From positions 9,197,352 to 9,261,351 of the forward strand of contig MU053934.1 of assembly GCA_013239625.1 (NCBI GenBank): 64,000 bases of DNA, given 5' to 3'. Numbering within the stretch: position 1 is the stretch's first letter; each line of letters starts with the position of its first letter. Shown one piece after another: positions 50,176-61,242 of this stretch. The position numbers and the translations under genes are program-made. The DNA comes from Lama guanicoe (Eukaryota). The notes beneath the pieces are model-generated. The model was not told where the DNA came from. It worked only from the letters and a program-made list of their open reading frames with translations, and did not search any database.

Positions 50176-52448
50176 AGAAGTCACTTCAGAACCAGCTCCA
50201 CCTTTGTTCCACATTTTGTGCTGTTGTAATTAGTTTTACTATGGATGTGTTATCAGCAAAAACATTTCAAATTTTTTAACAAACAAACATGTACACAGCT
50301 TTTGTCACGTAAGTCAGGCACTGTTCTCAGCACTCAGCAGACACTGACTCTTTCATCACATCAGCCCTGGAAGACGGGCACTTCCACTGTCCCTGATTGT
50401 GGAAGAGGGCACGCGGCCTCCCCAGGACCGCACAGGTGGGAGGCGGCAGGGCTGGGGCCCAGCCCGGGCAGCCCGGCTCGAGTCCGCGCTGACAGCCCCT
50501 GCACGTTGCTGCCTGCGGCCAAAGACCGTGGAGGTGAGACGGCGTCTGCGCTGCGCGGAGAAACGCAAGATGCCCAGCAGCGCGCTGTCCGAGGACACGC
50601 TGCTTGAACACCAGCGAGAAGAGACAGGATGGTCCTCCTTCATCTGGGTGTTTCTCTTTCAGGACGTCTGTCTAGTGCACGCCCCTGACACTGATGCCGT
50701 GCCAGACATGCTGTTTTGGGTGCCATGGTCAGTCGGCAAGCGTTAGCTCAGTGAACCAGTGAAGAATCCAGTGACGATCTAAGTCCAGTTTCATCGGAGG
50801 CAGGTCATACCGGAAGTGGGTCTTTGTAGTTCATATTTCACGTGGTAATGTGGCCTCAGCCAGATTTCCAGCTGCAGCAAACTCCGTTTTCAAGACGCAT
50901 CAACCAAAAATATTCTGGCTCAGGATTTGTACTTTTGTTTCTTGTGCCCTCTAAATTGCACATAGGCACATATGGAAGCAGTTACACCAGCAAATTTTTG
51001 ATGTATTTGACCACTTAGGATTAAAGGAAACGGGGCCTACATGCAGAAAGACGTGGTGCTTTCCCCGGGAAGGAAAGGCGACGAGGACTCTCCCCTCTGT
51101 GGTTCTGTCGTAGTGTGCTGCTTTGATTTGCTTCGTTTCAGTGAGTGGCTTTTGAGTCCTTGCTCTGCACAGGGCACTGCCCCTTGTTCTTCAGGGAGAT
51201 GCCGAGGTTAACTAGACGCGCTGCCTTCCCTCAGGGATCCGGCAGCCGTTCTGTGGACCTCCCCGGAGAGCCCCAGCAGGGTATTAAGGGTGTTAATAAC
51301 TATAACACAAAACACACTCGGGAGCTGCCACCGGAGAGGGACGGGAGTGCGGGGGAGGGGGGAGCTAGCACTCGTCTCTGGAGGCAGTAAGGACTTCGTG
51401 GAAGACGCACATTTGGCCGGCCTGCAGGGGAGTCGGGTGTGCCCGGCACGTGTTCAGAAGGGAGTGTGGACGTTTTCTAGTTGAAAGAACAGCTCAGGAC
51501 AAGCACAGATGAAGGAGCCTGTGGGCGTGATTTTGGGAACGTGAGGAAGTCCGGTTTGGTTGGAGTAAAAGCTGCTGGAGAGGCAGCAGGGAGAGAGAAG
51601 ACGGGGCAGACGGCAGGCGGAGGCTTCATTCTGGCAGCCTTTGGTTCATTCAACAAGGTGTTATTGCTGTACCCACTCAGCACACCTGGCCGGACCCCCT
51701 GCCTTTGTGGAGCTTGTCCCAGTGTTGAGAGTGACACAGAACAGGACGTCAAATACCGGCCCCGCCGGGTGTTGGTGCCTGCTCAGCTGGGCACAGGGAC
51801 ACCAGTGGTGTCAGCTCACTGCTCACAGACTGTCTGGGAGTGAGAGAGTCTGAGGTCGAGGGGTGAGCTGGGAGCACTGAATGAAACAGCTGGCTGCGGG
51901 CCGATGAGTTTTGTGCTGGGGGGTGGGAGGGGGTGGCTTTTTGGCAGGAGCTCCGGGAGTTCTGTGGAGAACTGGAGGCTCTTGGGTTCCCTCTTGACTC
52001 GTTTGGGGCAGTGGTGGACAATTCTCTGCTCAGAGTTGCACGTTGGCAGATTAATGGAATCGAAAAGATTAGTTTTTCTCAACAGGGATGTGTAGTGAGT
52101 GAATCAGCTTCTTTCCCGTGCATCTGGAATGGTGCTCTGAGAGCCAAGTCAGTCTCAGAATGTTCTCTGTGTTCTGTGATTCAGACGAGGGGCGTCACTG
52201 GGGGGTTTGGGGGGTGCACATTGTGGTGCTGAGTCTCAGTTGGGAACACACATCAGACTCACCTGAGGAGCGCCCACGCCCTGGCCCCAACCTACTGAAT
52301 CAGGATACCCAGGTGGGTTGGGGGCCATCAGATTGAAAAACGTTTGAGGATCCATCATGGAACAGGTACTATATTGATTTAGCTCCTGCTTGTGGCCCCT
52401 GGGACATCCTTGTGCAGCTCCGCCCACCCCCCTCTGTTAGTGCAGGTG

Positions 52449-52536
52449 TGCACGGGGGGTGGTGCTGTGCGGGCGAGCACGGGGTGGGGGGGTGCTGTGC
52501 GGGTGGGCACGGGGGAGGGGGCGGTGCTGTGCGGGC
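52449..52536. repeat. G-rich tandem repeat, about 29-bp unit gcacgggg...ggtgctgtgcggg, three copies
   Basis: Visible array. Confidence 0.85.
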
Positions 52537-54214
52537 TTTGGAGCTCTTTTTGTGCTTGTTCTTTAGTTGTCACAGTTAGTTGCCTCCTTCAGCCTGGTAG
52601 TTTATTTGGGCTGATTTCTTGGTGAAGATCTTTTGGACACAGAGTCAGAATCAATCCACATGGTATGATTCAGCAGAAACGAGAGCCTGTGTTTATACAG
52701 ATTTCTGGTCACCTTTCCCAGTGAATTGGAGTAATATTTATTTAAACTAACTGCCCTTGGAGAACAGCCGCGGTAGTTTTTCAGATTTATAGTCTGTCTA
52801 GCATAGTATCAGGAGCAGAGGCGGGTTGTGCACTCACTGCTTTGGATAAGTTACCTTTTGGAACTGTTTCATCTGCAAAATGAGGATAATCATGGTAGGC
52901 ACCCCCATGAAATCGTTGTGGTTACTAATTGAAATATGTATGAGGCTCTCAGTGACTGGCCTGTAATTATCACCCAGTAAATGTGAGTTGCTATTTCTGC
53001 TTCCATGGTTCTGCTCCCATTACCCCTCCTCCTCTGATGACCTTGACTTTTTCCTCCAGGTAGCATCACTGTCAGGTATGGAAGGCAACATACAGCCATT
53101 GCCATTTAATCCTCAGAAACACCCTGGGAAACAGGTATTATTCTTGCCGCTTTTCACGTCGGGGATCTGACCCGAGGCTTTGAAGGTTAAGATACTTGCC
53201 CTGCATTACATTAATGTAGCTGAGGTGGTATTTGAACTCAGCCTGTCTGACACCAGAATGAATGATCGTTAGCTTCTTATAACTGTAATTTATTAAGGGA
53301 CTAGTGGGATTAATTCAGCAACAGCTGTCTGCCTGTGTCTCAGTTAGCTTGTTGTCCAGGGTAATAAAATTTCTGGCCTCGTGGCATGCCATTCAGCAAA
53401 TTATACACGGGGAGTAGTTCAAATATAAATTCAGAAATTGTTGGAGATGTCAGCCTTTGGATTTGAATTACAGATATTTTGTTTCCAGAATTGCAGAGTG
53501 TTATTTCCTGCCCTAGAATGCTCATAAAACTCACTCTCTCACTCCTTCTCCTCTTTGCCCCTCACTCCAGTCCTTTCATTGAAAACTTACCCATTTCAGG
53601 ATGGGGCAGGCATGGCTTTCAAAATTGTAGATGGCATCAATTTAAGCATAACTTTGTAAGTCTTACTGTAGATTTCCCCCTAAAATCCTTCACATGGACA
53701 TGCTGTCAGTATTTTTATGAAGCAGGAATCATAGTTGTGAGACAGAGTTTGTTTAATCAGACGTGAGCTAGATGTGGAGGGTTGCTGGCAGCCGGCGGTT
53801 GAGAGAGAAGACTGTAGGTTGACTCTTGAGTCGGGGGTCTGTCTGGTGAGCCTGAGGCTGGGAGTTCAAGTGACGATGCCTGGGTTGAAGGAAGCAAGAG
53901 CCCAACCCTGGTGCACCGAGGTTCTGGACAGCTCCTCTCTGACCTCTTCCCCTGAGTCTGCTTGTGGTCTTCACCCCAGGGGATGGGTCAGCGAGTGGAT
54001 GGCGTTTGTTCGCCCACTTGTGTCCTGCTAGGTTTTCAAGGACGCGTTTCGTGTGGTTCCCCGCAGCTGGAAGGAGTAGGGCGTTCCATGCTGTATCCAC
54101 GCTGACATATATGAAAGGTGCTTTCCGTGACTCTGCAGGACTTTTCAGTACACGCCTGCTTTCTGGACTAGAAATGGGGATGGCAGATGTGATGCACAAT
54201 TAAAATCAGTGATT

Positions 54215-54339
54215 TTTAAAAAAATTTTTATGTTTATTTATTAATTTTTTAATTGAAATGCAGTCAAGTACAATGTGTCAGTCTCCAGTGTACAGCACAG
54301 TGTCCCAGTCATGCATTCATACATATATTCATTTTCTAA
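54215..54339 (-). mobile_element. About 100-bp L1 3' tip with tail and TSD
   Basis: Reverse complement of the 50077 element family; TSD taaaatcagtgatt (54201-54214) / taaaatcaatgatt (54340-54353). Confidence 0.8.
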
Positions 54340-55879
54340 TAAAATCAATGATTCTAGAAAGAAATCTACTGGAGTTAGATGTCCTACGTGTGAGTCCTCT
54401 GTTTTAGGAGAAGGATGGGGTTTGATGGTGGCTGGAAGTAGAGGGAGCTGGCGAGGTGGCCGGGGACTCGGCATGGGGGGGCCCCGCGCACCAGACTGAA
54501 GTTTTTAGAACCCCTCTCCTTCCTTAACAGCGGGAGCCTTTGAAAGTTTTCACTGGCCGATGACTTGAAGTAAGTAGGATCACTTAACGAAGTGTGATTG
54601 ATTCTCCGATAATAGTCAAGCCTGGTTTGTATTTTTATATTTTAAAGAGTCACTTCTGGTTGTTGTTGCTTTGTGCTTTTTGCCTTTTTTCCTTCAAAAT
54701 CACTCACTACCCATCTCCTTGGATCTCCCATCTTACGATCGCTGGCAGAGTGCAGAAGTGTGTCTGCTGAGCCAGGGGAGGTCTGAGGGGCCGAGCGGCA
54801 GGAAGGCGGGAAGTCTGCTTTCACCTTTTCTTTTAGCTCAGCTCCGTCTCCCTCAGCAGGTCTCCTTGGACCCTGAGGCCTTCCTGTCACCGCTGGGCCA
54901 CCTTGATTACCGCCACCCCGGGGTCTCCCTTCTGTCCCCCAGCCTGACTCCTTCAGGATCCGCCTGATGTTTGGTCCTTGGCCACAGCTGTGAGCTGTCT
55001 GTTCCTCATTCCTCTGCAGCCTGTTTGGGGTAGAGTCCACTGGCTGCTAACTTCCCTCACGGAGGAATCACGGCTTCTTATGCCCAGCAGTCAGTGCCAC
55101 ACCGCCCCGTGCAGAAGGAATATTTTCAGAGCACACATTTGGGTTCCCTTTGAATCACACTTAGTAGGTGACCCGTTCCTAGCACTCCCAGGAGGCCGTC
55201 CAGCTCAGGGAGAGCGATGGCCTGGCTCTGTGGTCACAGCGCCCTGTTCATTTCCCAAGATTATGTGTGAATAAGAGAGAACGAAAATATCCTAACACTG
55301 AGCTGTATGTTGTCTTTTGTGCTCAGTTGTGGGGTCATTTGTTTTCTTTATTTTGGATTAATCCTTGCTCTAGGAAATCTGAGATTTTAGGAGTTTTGAA
55401 AATCTCTAAGGTCTGAGGATGGTTCTGACAGACTGATGGTCTTTCCCAGCATTTGGCCAAAATACAGGAAGAGCTCAGCATGTTTTATTTTCCACTTGAA
55501 GCAGTAAACAATTCTTATTTTTTTCTTAGTGAGAAATGCTCCCTGCCTAATGCAGATGTGTTTTCTCCCATTTGCTAGGGCATTTTAGATACTCGTATCC
55601 TCTCTCGTGTAGAAATAAATGAGAATTACGCATGTCAGACATGATCTCAATCAGAACATGATTTTGAGAAACGCCCTGTTTGACTTTGATTTTGCTGGGT
55701 GGATTGCTCTGTGCATGATTACCTTCTCCTGGGACAAGGAAAGAGATTGAATAGAAACACCTGCCTGATAATGTAAATATTAAAGTAAAAATGGCATGGG
55801 TTTGGTCTTCAGATTCGTGTTCTTATAAAGTAAAATAATGAAACAAAAAAGCCAACCTCCACAAGAAAGACACTAAAGT

Positions 55880-56110
55880 GAGTGGTTACGTCGCCTGCCT
55901 CAGGAGTCGGAGGCGGAATCCTGTGTGTTTGTGACTCTGGGAAAGAAAATTAATTAGCCTCACTCAGCCCGTTTACCCACCTTTAACGTAAGGCTAGCGA
56001 CAGTGCCTGCCTCAGGAAGTTTTTATGTAGATTAAATGAGAAAATGTGTGTCAAACGCTTAGCCCAACAGTAAGCAGTGAATGAATGTCAGTACACCTAA
56101 CTCTGCTACT
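55880..56110 (+). mobile_element. MIR SINE
   Basis: cctgcctcagg...gattaaatgagaaaatgtgtgtcaaacgcttagc. Confidence 0.65.
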
Positions 56111-56421
56111 GTTACTATGGTGGATGTGTTGTAAACCTTAATTGGACGGCATTTCTGAGATGTGGAATTACTCCAGAGCTCAAAGCAATGGATATAAAAA
56201 GGTGCTTGTTTCTGTGGCCAAGTCACGTCAAAGAAATAAAGATTTTTAAAAATAGGTGATTGAAGAAGATTAATTGTATTCACAAAAAATGTTTTCCCTA
56301 GCTAGGCATTATAAACAAGTAAAGAATTTTAAAATAATCTCTTAGGATGGTCTCTAAATATTTTTACTGTGGTGCAGTTTCAGCGTTACATGTTCATGTA
56401 AAAACCTCTTCTGTGTTACAG

Positions 56422-56587
56422 AGTTACGCTGTTGGACCTTATGATAGCCAAGATAGTGGGGGACGAGCCGCTGACCAAGGATGACATCCCTGTGTTTTTG
56501 AGCCATGCCGAGCTGATTGCAAGCACTTTTGTGGACCAGTGCAAGATTGTGCTAAAATTGACCTCTGAGCAGCACACTGACGATGAG
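56422..56587 (+). CDS. ATXN10: Ataxin-10 coding exon 7 (166 nt, phase 2-0): (R)VTLLDLMIAKIVGDEPLTKDDIPVFLSHAELIASTFVDQCKIVLKLTSEQHTDDE
   Basis: Acceptor tacag|A, donor GAG|gtaaga; peptide in ORF 56432..56671. Confidence 0.97.
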
Positions 56588-56695
56588 GTAAGAACAGATT
56601 CCATGGTCCTGGATGAGGGGAGAGCAGATAGATTTTCTGACTCAGCAAGGTCCTTAAGAAAAGAGCCTTAAAGCCAGTTACATAAGTAACGTATC

Positions 56696-57020
56696 TGCTG
56701 TGGACTGAACGTCTGTGGGCGCTCACTCAGAAGTCCCCGTGCGGGAAACGTGGTGGCCGAGGGGATGGTGTTAGGAGCTGAAGATGAAGCGGGTTAGTGC
56801 TTTTATAAAAGACACCTCAGGAAGATCCCACACCCCTTACGCACGTGAGGACACGGCGAGAGGCCGACCTCCTGCAGCCTAGAAGCGGGCCTTCCGCAGA
56901 CCCAGCCGCGCCGGCACCCTAACCTTGGACTTCAGCCTCCAGAACTGTGGGAAATAAATGTTTGTTGTTTACAAGCCACCCAGTCTGTGGTGTTTTGTCA
57001 CAGCAGCCTGAGCTAAGACA
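56696..57020 (+). mobile_element. MaLR solo LTR (MLT1A-like), sense orientation, 108 nt after exon 7
   Basis: tgctgtggactgaa...cagcctccagaactgtgggaaataaatgtttgttgttt...ctaagaca; TSD gtatc / gcatc. Confidence 0.87.
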
Positions 57021-57639
57021 GCATCTTTATTGGAGAACAGGACAGAAATGCAGATAAGGGGAAACTGCCCTTATTCTTACCATCCAGAGTTAATGACTTA
57101 AAATAAATGGTAGTTAGTCCATCCTTCTAGGCAGATAACACCAGGTGTGTATGTGTATGCACGCGTGCGCTTTTTAAAAATGAAATCATTTAGTGCCACC
57201 TGTTTGTAAGTTCCTGTTTTTTCTTCACCTGAATGTGAGCTTCATGAGGGCAGAGTTTTGACTGTTATGTTCATAGAACTGTGTACACAGTAGGCCCTTG
57301 GTGAATGTTTGCTGGATGCATAAACAAACAGTACAGAGTGAGTGTCTCAAAAATGCTGGTGGAGCATTCAGTCAAGAATTTACCGTAATTATTTGTTCAG
57401 CTCTCTGTAGTTGGACCCATAGGTTGTTCTTACTTCTATTATAATTAGTGCTATAGTATGTCTCTGTACATTTTTTAATTCTGCTCAAGTCTACCCTAGA
57501 CCCCAGAATTCTTTTCTGTACCAAGGGGATGGACACTAGCATGCAGTCATTCAGTTCCCCTCCTCTTTACTTCAGGAATTTTCTTTATTTTTGTGTACTC
57601 CTGCCATCCCTTCTGTCTTAAAGTTAGAATTGTTCTTTC

Positions 57640-57960
57640 TCTGGAATACTACTCAGCAGTTAAAAAGGAGTGCATTTCTGATATGACAACAGAGATGAAT
57701 CTCAAACATACTGAGTGGAAAAAGCCTAGAGAACGTTCTGTATGATTCCATCTCTAGGAAATTCTAGAGCAGATGAAACTTACTGATAATGATGAAGCAG
57801 GTCAGGTGTCCCCTGGGGCTGGAAGTGGAGGGGTGCTGCTGATGGCCTGGGGACATGGGGGAACGTTTTGGGTAATAGAAGTGTATGCATTGCCGTGGAC
57901 ATCGACACCACTCTGTACTTTACACTTTGGATAGATATTTTTTATTGCATATAAAATTGG
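57640..57960 (+). mobile_element. Old L1M 3' end
   Basis: tggaatactactcagcag...gatgaatctcaaaca...tgtatgattcca. Confidence 0.7.
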
Positions 57961-58975
57961 TTTATACACATTCCAGAACATAATTGAGGGGTCCTTTGCA
58001 CGCTGAGAGGAGTGAGTAGAGAGGGAACCACTTGGGCAGACAGGTGGGAATAGGTGGGCGGGGCTGCCCTTTGACAGACCCATCCACTCGCTGTGTCCAA
58101 ATGGGAAGGCGGGGGCTGTGGACACTAACCCAGAGCTTTTCCTGGGGACTCGTGTGTGGGACCTGGTGAGGATGTTAACTCCCAGAGGGAACGCAGGCAG
58201 TGATTGTGACTGTTCCACCATGGGAACTGTATTTCCTCCTCTGTAAATACACTTTTTTCCAAGTCCCTTTGCTATTGATTTTCTGTGCTGTGTCATACAG
58301 GCCATACGTGGTCTCCCCAGTGAGGTCAGTATTTTAATTCTCATTTCTGGGGTAGAGGAGGGGAGAGTTACTCACAGGCTTCTTTCCTTTCTGGTGACAG
58401 ATTTGCCTCTGTTTCCAACAGGAGGAGCAGTGAGCTGTGCTGCAAGAAAGTTTAAAAATGAATTTTCTAGGAGACAGAAAAAATGAAGTGAAACTTTGGA
58501 CTTGTTAACTCACAGCTTTCAGAACAGAATGACTGTGAGCTAGTGTCCCTCCCCTGAATAAAGAAAAGACCTAAGGGTCTAGGGTAGGTTGAGGAGAATT
58601 TACACTTTTTCAAGGCACTTAACGTCTATAGTACAGATGATTTCAGTACGATAATAAGTTACCTGATGTAACTTTTTATGTTTAGGAAAAATAATATTTT
58701 TCAAACTTTTTTCTTTAAAATTGGGAGGAATTACTAGGAGGAATTATTATGTATTAATAGATAGAAAATTATAGATAGGTTTTTAAAAAGCCCAGATCGT
58801 TCACTTTGAAAATTCATTGATCTGTCGTCTCATGACTTATACATATTAATGTGTATATGTTATTCTTTAAGTTAGAAGTTAAAAAAATAGTAGTTTTAAA
58901 AAATTGAAGTAGTTAATTTACAACCATAGTTGTTTTTATGAAGACCCTTACCTCAGTATTTAATATGCCATAAAC

Positions 58976-59668
58976 CCAGTGGTATACTGGAGCTGGCCTA
59001 TACCTGTTGGAGAAAAATGTGTTACACCTCCATGTGGCAGCTCAGTTGTGACAGCAACCTGTATCCGGGCGAGGGACCAAGCAGCACTTGGAGAGTTGGA
59101 GAACTCAGGTTTATTACGCCAGCGGGCCCAGAGGAGTTAACATTTCAAGCTTTGGATGCCGTCAGTAGGTTTACACAGGCTTTTATAGGCTGCCAGTCTA
59201 CACTTTGCAACGTCATATGCAAATAAGGTATAACAGAAGTTGACTAATTAGGAACAAGCTTTGTAGAAATGGACTAATCAGGAGGGAGAGAAAGAACCAA
59301 TCAGGAGTGAGCTCAGGGAACCAACAGAATTTTAGGGGTAAGTTCCACTTTCCTAGAAGTAAGCCGTTTCAGAGGCAAAAAGTGAGATAGAGCCACTGGG
59401 CCAGGGAACCCAGTGGTGCTGGCAGGAGAATAGTGGCCCTGCCAGGGGGTCCTGCCAGTCTTTTTTATGGGGCTTCCCACCTCATACCAACTTCTGAGAG
59501 TCAGTTATTAAGTATTCAGATTGGTGAGCTGGTGGTTAAACTCTTGGTAGCGAGAAGTCCGCCATGGGGAAAGCATTACACCGTGGGAATCAGCAGGTGC
59601 TGTCAGTCAGGGCTTTCGCCTCTGCCTCCTCCTCCTTCCCCCCGGCCAGTTTACCAGCAAACACCAGC
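58976..59668. mobile_element. hAT MITE, MER63A-like, split by an LTR
   Basis: ccagtggtatactggagctggc.. start; resumes at 59489 with gagagtcagttattaa...ccagtttaccagca. Confidence 0.75.
59005..59484 (-). mobile_element. Well-preserved ERV1-type solo LTR (480 bp), antisense to ATXN10
   Basis: TG...CA termini, exact 4-bp TSD tacc (59001-59004 / 59485-59488), minus-strand TATAAAA (59181-59187) and AATAAA (59110-59115) in correct order. Confidence 0.85.
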
Positions 59669-61004
59669 CTTTACCCAGTTGTGACATTCTTAGGACAAGA
59701 TGTTCAATAAAGTTCTCAGAATGCTGTGACCTAAAAATCAGAGTGAAAATCTGTTTTTAATTCATGTAATTGGCTTTAGAATTCTGAGGTTTTGTTCATG
59801 TGTCCCTTTATACACGTGGTCTTTGGTTCTCACGCTAATGTATGTGTTTCTGCCTTTTGGTGTGTCCTGCTGTGCTACTTGTTTCTAATTCTTTGTGTAT
59901 TTTTGTCTGTTCTTATTATGCTTATTTTTTAAGATTTAGGAGTCAGTTTAGCTTCATCTTGCATCTCAGTCTTGTCACTTGTAGTGAAACTTGCCTTTCT
60001 TACAAAATCTTTTCTTTGTTGTAAGAAAAAGTAATTCAAGCCAAAGTCAATGAAACAAAAAGTTCAGAACGTCTCATTTTCACCCATCCCCCACCTGTTT
60101 TCTACAGACATATCAGCATATAATTTTTTCTTTTCCTTCCAAAGGTTTTTTTGTATATACACACCTGTACATTTTTGTTACCTTTTTTAAACACACTACT
60201 ACATATTCTATCCTAATTTAACTTCTTTTTTTCTGATACTCTGATGTATCTGACACTTTAACACATGTATGTATACTCATCTCATTCTTTTTAAAAACTG
60301 AATCATGTTTCACTATATAGACTTTTATGTGTAAATTTTTTCATCTGTTCTCCATAGACGTACATATGAGTTCCCTCCAGGTTTGTTTTTTAAAAAATCT
60401 TTACTATAGTGAACATTCTTGTACAAATATCTTTGCAATTTTGGACAAGTAGATCTGGGATTATAAATTCCTGGGAGTTGGATTCCTGGGTCAGAAAGAA
60501 TACATTCATTTAAAATTTGTAAGAGATATTTCTAAATGACACACCAGAGAGTACAAGCATATGCGGGTCTGCAACCTTTCTCTAATCTAATTATCATTTT
60601 TCTTTCAGTGACCAATAATTTGTTTTCCATATTAGATTACCTTTTAAAATATATTTATTAATGAGCATTTTTAGAAAATTAATCTTTTATCACAAATATA
60701 AGAACCCCCCCCCATGGTTAATTTTTTTTGCCTGAATTTATTTGTGGTATTTTCAGCCTGTTAGGAGTTTGTTTTTAATCTAGGTAGGCTTGTCAGTTTT
60801 ATCCTTACGGCTTCTGAATTTTTTCCCCACATATTTAGTAAAACCTTCTCCACTTAGATTGTGGAAATACACACCTGTATATTCTAGTTCTTTCAGTATT
60901 TTGTCTGCATTTTTAATTAACCTAAAATATATTTTTGAGTAAGAAGTATAGAATTGAGCAAATATGTGTCTTAACTCTGCAAGATTATATAATCTTTGGT
61001 GGAA

Positions 61005-61165
61005 GACTGCTTGGGTTTGAACCTTGATTTCTTCCATTGCTGGTGTGTGATCTTGGAAGTTATTTACCTTTTTCATGTCCCAGTTTCTCTACCTGTAAAA
61101 TGAATTGTATTTTAATATAAGCATTTGGTATACTGACTGGTACGTAGTTAGCTAGCTGTTAGTTA
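61005..61165 (+). mobile_element. MIR SINE
   Basis: gggtttgaacc...tgtgtgatcttggaagttatttacc...cagtttctctacctgtaaaatg. Confidence 0.7.
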
Positions 61166-61242
61166 TTGTATACGTGCCATTTAGTGACAGTCTCTTCCTT
61201 CCTACTTATTTTAATGCCCCCCAAATCATATGTTAAATTCTT

